From: Moraxellaceae bacterium
GTDB lineage: Bacteria; Pseudomonadota; Gammaproteobacteria; Pseudomonadales; Moraxellaceae
Assembly (NCBI GenBank): GCA_050739955.1
Contig: JBOICI010000036.1
Coordinates: forward strand, 11,656 to 75,655
Reading direction: 5' to 3'
Length of the DNA stretch: 64,000 nt
The translations under genes were made by a program, and so were the position numbers. Position 1 is the stretch's first letter. The number at the start of each line of letters is the position of its first letter. The notes under the pieces were generated by a model, which did not search any database, was not told the DNA's origin, and saw nothing but the letters and a program-made list of their open reading frames with translations. Positions 19,520-27,331 of the stretch are shown here, one piece after another.

Positions 19520-20080
19520 ATGGCCAGCGGATGGATTGTACGTATCACCAATAACAGCAATTACGAATTCATTTTCCGGCAGACCGACAACAATATGCAT
19601 CCAGTGATCGGCAGCAGCAACGGTGTCGATATCATAGAGCAGGGAGTACAGAATCCGCAGAACGTGCAGGTGCAAAGCGGCCAACAAATCCGTGTACGGC
19701 CAGGTGGCCGTCTCACTGCAAGCTGGTTCGCCATTCCTTGGCAGGGCTGGGGCAACCTCGCCATCAGCCACAACAACAATATCGTGAACACGACCACTGG
19801 CCCGCACGAAGGCAAGGATTACCTGATCTTCGATGGCGTAGCAGACAAGGCCTTGTTCATCGGCCAGCAGCATGGCTGGCAAAACGTCGAGTTCGAAGTC
19901 GAAATCGACAATAAGGGCGGCATGGTTTTCAAACCGGTGGGCGGTAACGATTTCGACTGGCTGCGCAAACAGCTCGTCGATTTTGCTGTCATGCTGTTCA
20001 AGGCCCTGATTACTGGCCAAGCACCAGGCCAACAGCAGGCACAAGGCAAGGCCCGACACGAGCAGCCTGCAAACGTTTGA
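19520..20080 (+). CDS. hypothetical protein with no recognisable motif
   Basis: 186-aa ORF with an AAGGAG RBS 7 nt upstream of ATG 19520. The gene is bracketed by a stem-loop (19458-19484) and a terminator (20101-20128). Confidence 0.55.
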   Translation: MASGWIVRITNNSNYEFIFRQTDNNMHPVIGSSNGVDIIEQGVQNPQNVQVQSGQQIRVRPGGRLTASWFAIPWQGWGNLAISHNNNIVNTTTGPHEGKDYLIFDGVADKALFIGQQHGWQNVEFEVEIDNKGGMVFKPVGGNDFDWLRKQLVDFAVMLFKALITGQAPGQQQAQGKARHEQPANV

Positions 20081-20100
20081 AATGCCTTAACAAGAATATG

Positions 20101-20128
20101 AAAAGGCCGGCATATTGCCGGCCTTTTC
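20101..20128. terminator. bidirectional rho-independent terminator
   Basis: AAAAGGCCGGCA-TAT-TGCCGGCCTTTT, between convergent genes. Confidence 0.85.
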
Positions 20129-20143
20129 ATGCGTTCAAAAAGC

Positions 20144-20383
20144 TCAACCTTTGCGAATGAGATAGCGGAATTCTTTTTTATCCGCGAGGGTTTCTTGGGC
20201 TACCAGTTCATGGCCGAGGAAGTTGCAGAACTTGGGAATGTCGCGGGTGGTGGACGGATCGGTAGCCATCACTTCCAGTAATTCGCCCGACTGCATATCG
20301 CGCACTTTGTTGTGCAACATCATGACTGGCTCCGGGCAATAGAGGCCACGGGCATCAAGGTGGTGGGCAGCGGTTTCGGTCAT
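20144..20383 (-). CDS. tusA: sulfurtransferase TusA
   Basis: [52 protein letters not shown] matches the TusA CPxP active-site motif and overall sequence. The start is set at MTETAA. Confidence 0.85.
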   Translation of the reverse strand: MTETAAHHLDARGLYCPEPVMMLHNKVRDMQSGELLEVMATDPSTTRDIPKFCNFLGHELVAQETLADKKEFRYLIRKG

Positions 20384-20425
20384 GGCGGGAACGACGCGGA
20401 TCAGCAAGGTCAGGGGCGCGCATTT

Positions 20426-21712
20426 TCACCCGAAAGACGATCTATCGGAAGGCCCGTGCAGCAGCGGTAAGCGATAGCCATAGACCGCCGCCGGCCAGAG
20501 CAGAACCAGAGCAATCAGCCCGGAAATCAGGAAGTAACCGGAATAGCCCAGCGCCTCGGCCACAAAGCCGGCCCCCAGATAAAAGCTGCCACCAAAGATT
20601 GCCAGAATGCTCACCTGCACGGTGAAGTCCGAGGCCGCATGCTCGGGCCGGCACAAATCCATCACGGCCGTCAGCAGCGCCGCCATGGCCATGCCGCTGA
20701 CAAAGTGCTCAAACGCATTGATGCCGTAAATCAGCTGCAGATTTACCGGCAAGCCCTGATCATGACGCCAGGACAGCGCCGCATAAGCAGCAATCGAAAA
20801 GGCCTGCAACGCACCAAACCAGATAATCGCGCGCGGACGCCCCATCAGTGTTGTCAGCCAGCCCCCCAGCAAAGCGCCGAGCAAAGTCGCCAGCGAGCCC
20901 GCCAGACTCACCATCAGGCCTATCTGTTTCAGATCCAGCCCCATGTCCACCAGCATGGGTTTCACCATGGCTGAACCCAGCGACTCCCCCGCCTTATAGG
21001 TCATCAGCACGATCAACCAGCCCCGCAGGCCGGGCCTGTCAAAAAAGCTCGTGAAAATCTGCCAGTAGGGCAAGGCCTTGTGTGCTGCGTGGTGAATGGG
21101 AGCGGGCTCATGAAAAACCAGCACGGGGATCGTCAGCAGCGCCATCAGCAAGGCCAGTACCAGAAAAGAGTTTTGCCAGTCCCACGCTCCGATCAGGTAA
21201 AGCAGCAGGCCACCACCAATCACCAGACCGATGCGATAACCGGCCACCTGCACCCCATTGCCAAGACCACGCTCACTGAAACCCAGGGTGCGCACCGCCA
21301 GCCCATCGGTTGCAATGTCTTGCGTGGCGGCAAAAAGATTGACGAGAAACATCAGCAGGAAAAACTGGTAGACGCCGCTTTTTGTACCGAGCTGCAGAGG
21401 GTCAAAAAACGCGATGGCCAGCAGTACCAGCAAGGCCAGCATCTGCATGGGCAAAATCCAGGAGCGGCGCTGGCCGATACGAGCCGAGAAATGCTTCTCC
21501 ACAAAAGGCGCCCAGAGAAATTTCAGTGCCCAGGGCATGGCCAGCAGACCACTCAAGCCGATGACAGACAAGGGCGCGCCGTATTGCCGCAAGAGCGCCG
21601 GCAAGGCTTGCGTAAACACACCGGTCGGCAGGCCCTGACAGATATAGAGCGTCAGTAGCAGACTGAGTCGTGCACGCAGTGAATCACCACTAGAAAATTG
21701 TTGGGCGAGCAT
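20426..21712 (-). CDS. MFS transporter, AmpG/PAT-family-like
   Basis: Twelve or more TM helices. The motif LKFLWAPFVEKHF resembles the AmpG KFLWSPLMD loop. The start is uncertain (21712 or 21760). Confidence 0.65.
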   Translation of the reverse strand: MLAQQFSSGDSLRARLSLLLTLYICQGLPTGVFTQALPALLRQYGAPLSVIGLSGLLAMPWALKFLWAPFVEKHFSARIGQRRSWILPMQMLALLVLLAIAFFDPLQLGTKSGVYQFFLLMFLVNLFAATQDIATDGLAVRTLGFSERGLGNGVQVAGYRIGLVIGGGLLLYLIGAWDWQNSFLVLALLMALLTIPVLVFHEPAPIHHAAHKALPYWQIFTSFFDRPGLRGWLIVLMTYKAGESLGSAMVKPMLVDMGLDLKQIGLMVSLAGSLATLLGALLGGWLTTLMGRPRAIIWFGALQAFSIAAYAALSWRHDQGLPVNLQLIYGINAFEHFVSGMAMAALLTAVMDLCRPEHAASDFTVQVSILAIFGGSFYLGAGFVAEALGYSGYFLISGLIALVLLWPAAVYGYRLPLLHGPSDRSSFG

Positions 21713-21783
21713 GAAGCCTGTCTTGCAGGAATATGAGAATGCAGCCTTGCACGTCGCCACCGGCCGCGCCAGTGAACAAAGTC

Positions 21784-22259
21784 TTACAGCAGGCTTGCGA
21801 TGGACTCACGAATGGCGGCATCTTCTGGCGGCGTTTTCGGTGAAAACCGTGCTTTCACCTCGCCATCACGGCCAATCAGGAATTTTTCAAAGTTCCAGGT
21901 GATATCGCCGGGGAAAGCAGCCTTCTCACCCGTCAGCCAATGATAGAGCGCATGCCGCCCTGCCCCGTTCACCTCCAGCTTTTGCGTCAGTGGAAAAGTA
22001 ACGTGATAGTTCGTATCACAGAAGCTGCGAATTTCTTCCGACGTGCCCGGCTCCTGCCCGGCAAACTGGTTACAGGGCAGACCCAGCACTACCAGCCCTG
22101 CTCCTGATAACTTTCATACAGGGCTTGCAGGCCCTTGTACTGCGGCGTAAGCCCGCACTGGCTGGCCACATTCACCAGCAGCACCACTTTGTCCTTGAGA
22201 GTGGACATGTCGAAATGCTTGCCATCCAGTGTGTTAAGCGAGAAATCCGTGATTTTCAT
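21784..22259 (-). pseudogene. glutathione peroxidase (BtuE/Gpx family) interrupted by a 1-nt frameshift
   Basis: Two adjacent ORFs (22259-22089 and 22089-21784) together encode a complete Gpx: ..LLVNVASQCGLTPQYKGLQALYESYQEQG | LVVLGLPCNQFAGQEPG..WNFEKFLIGRDG. The frames switch at CAGGGCTGGTAG, about 22086-22097. Confidence 0.75.
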
Positions 22260-22325
22260 GAGGGCTCTCCTTTTGAAATTCAGCACTGTGCTGCATTAGC
22301 AGAGTACAAAACGCGCTGCGATAAA

Positions 22326-22895
22326 TCAGGGTACTGCAGCATAGGCGATATCCAGACCAGAGATGTCCGACTCGCTCCAGCCCGAGGCCGGCGCCGCATG
22401 CCCTGCCGAGACAAACACAGCACTGCTGGCCAGTATCTCGCCATTCCCGGCAATATCTTCCGCCAGTTTGAAGGCCACATTCACAGGGTCACCAAAACAA
22501 TCCGTATGCGGAACATAAAGAAAACGACCGATATCCAGCCCCATGGAGACCTCCAGCGGCTCCGGCAGGGAAATGCAGGCATGACGAATGGCTTTGGCCG
22601 CTTGCAGGGCATTTCCCGCATCAGAAAACACGGCCATCAGATTGTCCGCCGTGTATTTCACGACTTCGCCGCCATGCGCCAGCACCAGCGGGGAACTCAG
22701 CTGCTGCATACGACGTATACGGGCGAGATAACTCACGATGCCGGTGGCATGCACGGTGCGGGAGAAGCCACTCATATCCAGTGCCAGCACACAGGCATCT
22801 AGGCCGAAGGTGGCCCAGAGCATCTCCTCGTGGGCCTTTTTTTCTTCCGCGTTGCAACGCTCAAGGCGATCTATGAGTGCGTAAAAAGCTTGCAT
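22326..22895 (-). CDS. stand-alone class III nucleotidyl-cyclase-homology-domain protein (189 aa)
   Basis: VLALDMSGFSRTV (first metal Asp), KYTADNLMAVF (second Asp), and CFGDPVNVAFKLAE (the xxVNxAxR-type motif with Lys in place of Arg). No sensor or membrane domain is present. Confidence 0.55.
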   Translation of the reverse strand: MQAFYALIDRLERCNAEEKKAHEEMLWATFGLDACVLALDMSGFSRTVHATGIVSYLARIRRMQQLSSPLVLAHGGEVVKYTADNLMAVFSDAGNALQAAKAIRHACISLPEPLEVSMGLDIGRFLYVPHTDCFGDPVNVAFKLAEDIAGNGEILASSAVFVSAGHAAPASGWSESDISGLDIAYAAVP

Positions 22896-22919
22896 GTCTT
22901 TCGTCCCTGAAAACTTGTT

Positions 22920-23798
22920 TCAGTTAAAAACAATGGTCTTGTTGCCGTGCACGATGATGCGGTCTTCCAGATGCCATTTCACGGCACGCGCCAGCACATT
23001 GCGCTCCACGTCCTGCCCCAGATCACGCAGAGTGGCAATATCATCGCGATGTGACACACGATCCACGTCCTGCTCGATGATGGGGCCCTGATCCAGATCA
23101 GCCGTCACATAATGTGCCGTGGCACCGATCAGCTTCACGCCCTTCTCATGCGCCTGACGGTAGGGGTCGGCACCGACAAAGGCCGGCAAAAAGGAGTGGT
23201 GGATATTGATGATCTTGTGCGGCCATTGCTTCACGAAATCGCCGGAGAGAATTTGCATATAGCGCGCGAGCACCACGAGATCACAGCCCCGCAGCAATTC
23301 CTGAACCTTGGCCTCGGCCTCGGGTTTGTTGTCCTTGTTCACCGGCACGACATGAAAAGGCACATCAAAACGCTCTACCGCGCGGCGCAGATCCTCGTGA
23401 TTGCTGATCACGCCGGCAATCTCGCAGGGCAGCGCGCCACGCTGCCAACGCCAGAGCAACTCCAGCAGAGCGTGATCCACTTTGGAAACCAGAATCGCGA
23501 CTTTTTTCAGATCGGCCGCGTAGCTGATGCGCCAGTCCATGCCGTAACGATCGGCCACGGCATCGCCAAAGGTTTTGGCCAGCACATTGCGGGAAAGATC
23601 GAGATGCGGGGTCTGAAATTCCAGACGCATGAAATAGGTACCGCCTTCAGCCTCCGTGGAGTGCTGATCAAGGTCGGTAATATTAGCGCCGTGGTTATAG
23701 AGAAAATTCGAGACCGCGCTGACGATGCCAGGTTTGTCCGGGCAGGTAATAAGCAAGCGGGCCTGTGTTTGTGAGGCGTTATCCTGAGCAGACGACAT
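22920..23798 (-). CDS. purU: formyltetrahydrofolate deformylase
   Basis: N-terminal ACT domain ([26 protein letters not shown]) plus a formyltransferase core ([18 protein letters not shown]). Confidence 0.9.
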   Translation of the reverse strand: MSSAQDNASQTQARLLITCPDKPGIVSAVSNFLYNHGANITDLDQHSTEAEGGTYFMRLEFQTPHLDLSRNVLAKTFGDAVADRYGMDWRISYAADLKKVAILVSKVDHALLELLWRWQRGALPCEIAGVISNHEDLRRAVERFDVPFHVVPVNKDNKPEAEAKVQELLRGCDLVVLARYMQILSGDFVKQWPHKIINIHHSFLPAFVGADPYRQAHEKGVKLIGATAHYVTADLDQGPIIEQDVDRVSHRDDIATLRDLGQDVERNVLARAVKWHLEDRIIVHGNKTIVFN

Positions 23799-23954
23799 GG
23801 GAGTTCCGAAGCGGTTATCGCGAAAGTCCAGACTCTACCGCAGCAGGAGGAATCGTGAAACGTGAGGCTGCGCTTTGCGCTAGCGGTGAAATGTGAATCG
23901 TGAAGGGTAAAAGCAGATCCCGTATCACATCCCGAGTCCGGGTATTTTCACGCT

Positions 23955-25007
23955 TCAGCCGGCGACCCAACCTTCGTCGTCATCGCCTTCCCCCGCTTCC
24001 GGCGGCAAGCCCAGCAACTCGCGGCGCCAGGCCGCAGGCGTCTGCCCCGTCCACTTCTTGAAAGCGCGGTGGAAAGAGCTGGCCTCGGAAAAGCCCATCA
24101 TCAGCGCAATTTCATCAATGGAGAGCTCTTCCTTGGCGAGGTAATAGCGCGCGGCATCCTGACGGATGCTGTCCTTGATGGCCTGATAGCTGGTGTTTTC
24201 TTCCTTGAGCCGACGACGCAGGGTTTGCGGCGTCATGTTCAAGGTTTCACAGACTTGGGCGAAGTCCGGGAAGGCGTTGCCATAGCCTTTGGAAATAATG
24301 GCGCGTATCTGCTCGGGCAAGCCTATGGGCTGACGATTGCCGACAATGATGAGGGCCAGCGAATCCTTGAGGAATTTCGAGAGCGAGAGCGGATTCTGCA
24401 CCAGCGGCAAAGACAGCCATGAGGTGGGAAAAACGATGGCCGTGCGCGCGTTGTTATAGGTGATGGGGCCTTGGAAAAGACGGCGGAACTCTTCCGACTG
24501 CGGCGGCTCCGGAAAATCCAGCTGCAGGGCCACCGGGTCCAGATTACGGCCGGTGAGCCAGCTCCAGAAGCGCAGCGAAATGAAGATGATGGCTTCCATG
24601 ATATTGCCGTGTTCCAGAGCGGTGGCCGTGATGATGAGCCGGCTTTCACGTTCGCCACGCTCCACGCGCAAGCCCATCGGGAAATCCACGATCTGGTAAA
24701 ACTGCGCCGAGCGTGCAATGGCGGAACCGAGATCGGGGCAGTTGATAACGGCATGCGCCATCATGGAAAAAGTGCCGGGCTTGGAGCGGGTGCCACGGCC
24801 AAGACCGAGGAATTCATCCTCGGTGCGCCGCATCACGGTTTGCAGCAGACGTATGAAATCGCCCATGCCGATACGCATGTCTTCCTGACCCAGCAAGCTC
24901 GGGTCCAGACCAGATTCACGGAAGAGGCTGACCATATCTGCGCCCTGGCGGGCGGTATCGGTCAGCAGCCGCTTCACATAGGCGATGGTGATGCTGCCAC
25001 GGGTCAC
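23955..25007 (-). CDS. AraC-family transcriptional regulator
   Basis: C-terminal double HTH (..LSIDEIALMMGFSEASSFHRAFKKWTGQTPAAWR). The long N-terminal effector domain is of the type seen in OruR/ArgR-like AraC regulators. It is divergent from the acyl-CoA dehydrogenase gene. Confidence 0.8.
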   Translation of the reverse strand: MTRGSITIAYVKRLLTDTARQGADMVSLFRESGLDPSLLGQEDMRIGMGDFIRLLQTVMRRTEDEFLGLGRGTRSKPGTFSMMAHAVINCPDLGSAIARSAQFYQIVDFPMGLRVERGERESRLIITATALEHGNIMEAIIFISLRFWSWLTGRNLDPVALQLDFPEPPQSEEFRRLFQGPITYNNARTAIVFPTSWLSLPLVQNPLSLSKFLKDSLALIIVGNRQPIGLPEQIRAIISKGYGNAFPDFAQVCETLNMTPQTLRRRLKEENTSYQAIKDSIRQDAARYYLAKEELSIDEIALMMGFSEASSFHRAFKKWTGQTPAAWRRELLGLPPEAGEGDDDEGWVAG

Positions 25008-25224
25008 GTCACTGTTCTCTACGTACCGGCTTACACCGGCTCAATTACCTTTTGGAATCATGAGGTTATCAGAAGAGGCCGTGGCCCGCATCGGCCCTGA
25101 GCATTAATGTCAGTAATTTTGGACTCTGGAGTCATTGGCGGCTCAAGGCAGCAAGCGGAGACTCGCGCGGTCCTGCCAGCGCCCCTGCGCGGCACCTGCT
25201 TTTCAGCCCCACGGAGACTTTGCC

Positions 25225-26358
25225 ATGTCCGCCCGCCCGCATTTTGAGTCCGAACACGAAATCTTTCGCGACAGTTTCCGCAAGTTTTGCGAAGTTGAAG
25301 TGAAGCCGCATCAGGAACAGTGGCTGAAAGACCGCATCGTTTCCCGTGAAGTGTGGAAAAAAGCCGGTGAAAATGGTTTCTGCGCTCCCTTCGTGGAAGA
25401 GCAATACGGCGGCCTCGGCCTCAACGATTTCCGTTACTCGCAGATCATGATTGAAGAGCTCTCGCGTATTGGTGAATCCGGTTTCGCGCTCAGCCTGCAC
25501 AACGATGTGATCGCCCCCTATATCGCCAGCTTCGCCAGCGAAGAACAGAAGCAACGCTGGTTGCCCGGCATCTGCTCCGGCGAAAAGATTCTCGCCGTGG
25601 CCATGACCGAACCCGGTACCGGCTCTGACCTCAAGGCCATCAAAACCAAGCTGGAAGACAAAGGCGATCACTACATTCTGAACGGCGCCAAAACCTTCAT
25701 CTCCAACGGCATCCTCTCCGACATCGTTGTGGTCGCCGCCAATCTCGAAGGCGCCGGCATTACCCTGCTGGTCGTTGAGCGTGGCATGGAAGGCTTCAAC
25801 CGTGGCCGCAAGCTCGACAAGATGGGCATGGCGTCGCAGGACACCGCCGAACTTTCTTTTGAAAACGTCGTCATCCCCAAGAACAACCTGCTCGGCCAGC
25901 CCGGCATGGGCTTTATGTACCTGATGCAGAAGCTGGCGCAGGAGCGCATGGTTTGCGCTATCGGCGCCATCTCCGGGGCTCAGTATGCCCTCGAGCATAC
26001 GCTGCAATACGTGAAGGACCGCAAGGCCTTCGGCAAGCCCATCGGTACCTTCCAGGCCAACCGTTTCAAGATGGCCGAGATGAAGACCGAAATCACCATC
26101 GGCAACACCTTCGTTGATTCGCTGGTCATGAAGTGCGTGAACGGCAGCATCACACCGGAAGATGCTTTCATGGCCAAGTACTGGACTACCGATCTGCTGA
26201 ACAAAGTCTGCTACGACTGCGTACAGCTGCACGGCGGTTACGGTTATATGATGGAATACCCGATTGCCCGCGCCTACGTGGACGCGCGCATCACCACCAT
26301 CTTCGCCGGCACCAATGAAATCATGAAAGAAATGATCGGCCGCGGCATGGGCTTGTAA
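25225..26358 (+). CDS. acyl-CoA dehydrogenase
   Basis: ACAD motifs are present (AMTEPGTGSDL, QLHGGYGYMMEYPIARAYVDARITTIFAGTNEIMKEMI). The start ATG at 25225 has an ACGGAG RBS. Confidence 0.9.
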   Translation: MSARPHFESEHEIFRDSFRKFCEVEVKPHQEQWLKDRIVSREVWKKAGENGFCAPFVEEQYGGLGLNDFRYSQIMIEELSRIGESGFALSLHNDVIAPYIASFASEEQKQRWLPGICSGEKILAVAMTEPGTGSDLKAIKTKLEDKGDHYILNGAKTFISNGILSDIVVVAANLEGAGITLLVVERGMEGFNRGRKLDKMGMASQDTAELSFENVVIPKNNLLGQPGMGFMYLMQKLAQERMVCAIGAISGAQYALEHTLQYVKDRKAFGKPIGTFQANRFKMAEMKTEITIGNTFVDSLVMKCVNGSITPEDAFMAKYWTTDLLNKVCYDCVQLHGGYGYMMEYPIARAYVDARITTIFAGTNEIMKEMIGRGMGL

Positions 26359-26381
26359 TCACATAGTTCGCTGCATCAAAA

Positions 26382-26407
26382 AAAGCCCGGGCTGGCCCGG
26401 GCTTTTT
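26382..26407 (+). terminator. rho-independent terminator
   Basis: AAAGCCCGGGC-TG-GCCCGGGCTTTTT after the acyl-CoA dehydrogenase stop. Confidence 0.8.
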
Positions 26408-26460
26408 GCTTTCTGCTGTGCTTTTTTACTTTCTGCTGCGCTTTTTTACTTTCTGCTATA
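26401..26460. repeat. three tandem copies of a 20-nt unit (CTTTTTTACTTTCTGCTGYG)
   Basis: Direct reading gives GCTTTTTGCTTTCTGCTGTG / CTTTTTTACTTTCTGCTGCG / CTTTTTTACTTTCTGCTATA. The first copy overlaps the terminator T-tract. Confidence 0.8.
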
Positions 26461-26489
26461 GTGCGCCGGTCTCCTTCCGGGCTCTCTCC

Positions 26490-26924
26490 ATGTTTTCTCT
26501 GCACCCACGTCTTGCCGCCGACACCATCTTGCTGGGGGATTTTCCGCTCAGTCATTGCCTGCTCATGAATGATATGCACTACCCGTGGCTGATCCTGGTG
26601 CCAAGGCAGGAAAACCTGCGGGAAATTTTTGAGCTCAGCGTGGAAGACCAGCAACAGCTATTGCGTGAATCCAGCTGGGTGAGTGAGCGCCTGTCAAAAC
26701 ATTTCAATGCGGACAAGATCAATATCGGTGCACTGGGCAATATGGTGCCGCAGTTGCATCTGCATCATATCGCACGCTATCAGAACGATGCGGCCTGGCC
26801 CGGCCCGGTCTGGGGCAAGCATCCCGCCCAAGCCTATACCGCAGAAAACCTGATCATGATGAATCAGCGCCTACGCGAAGCCTTTGCCGATGGCGAAGAC
26901 ATGAAGTTTGTGTGGGCCGATTAA
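26490..26924 (+). CDS. HIT-family (histidine triad) protein
   Basis: Histidine triad QLHLHHIAR and a typical HIT fold length. The start is at ATG 26490 (MFSLHPRL). Confidence 0.8.
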   Translation: MFSLHPRLAADTILLGDFPLSHCLLMNDMHYPWLILVPRQENLREIFELSVEDQQQLLRESSWVSERLSKHFNADKINIGALGNMVPQLHLHHIARYQNDAAWPGPVWGKHPAQAYTAENLIMMNQRLREAFADGEDMKFVWAD

Positions 26925-26942
26925 AAAATCTCTAAAGAAAGA

Positions 26943-27329
26943 TCAGTGCTTTGTCAGCACAAAGGCTAGCGTGCGCTCCAGCTCAGCCAAGGAGAAAGGT
27001 TTTTCCAGCGTGGCCTCCACGCCCATGGCACGCACCAGTGATAGCGAATCTACACTGAGATCGGTGCGTCCCCGCCCCGACATGGCCACCACCGGCAAAT
27101 GCTTTTTCTGCTGCCGGATTTCTGCCACCAGCCGCACTCCATCCTGCTCCGGCATCAGCACATCAGTGAGCACCAGATCGACGTGATGATCCTGGAGCCA
27201 AGCCGCTGCCTCTCGACCATTGCCGACCACATGCGTGACATAGCCGCACTCCTGCAAAGCATCTTCCAGATAGCGACGCAGCATCAGGTCGTCTTCGACG
27301 ATCAGCACATGAGCAGGGGTCAGATGCAT
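26943..27329 (-). CDS. single-domain response regulator (CheY-like receiver)
   Basis: Acidic pocket (VLIVEDD), phospho-acceptor context (DLVLTDVLMPEQDG), and a conserved Lys (LEKPF). It lies 2 nt downstream of the hybrid kinase gene. Confidence 0.85.
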   Translation of the reverse strand: MHLTPAHVLIVEDDLMLRRYLEDALQECGYVTHVVGNGREAAAWLQDHHVDLVLTDVLMPEQDGVRLVAEIRQQKKHLPVVAMSGRGRTDLSVDSLSLVRAMGVEATLEKPFSLAELERTLAFVLTKH

Positions 27330-27331
27330 GA

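Noticed and set aside
23799-23954. I looked for a ZTP (pfl) or purine-type riboswitch in the purU leader.
   Set aside because: No GGGUCGUGAC...CCGCCUGGGCA-type pseudoknot elements or purine three-way junction could be found. Only the GTGAA/TTCAC heptad repeats stand out, and they are reported separately.
25132-26232. 366-aa minus-strand ORF. The same class includes 43366-44160 (+), 55055-56083 (-), 62124-63089 (+), 11131-12183 (-) and 15737-16750 (-).
   Set aside because: Each is antisense to a well-supported gene (ACAD, crotonase, adenylate cyclase, MpaB-family, TPR protein, TonB-like). None shows a recognisable domain or an RBS.
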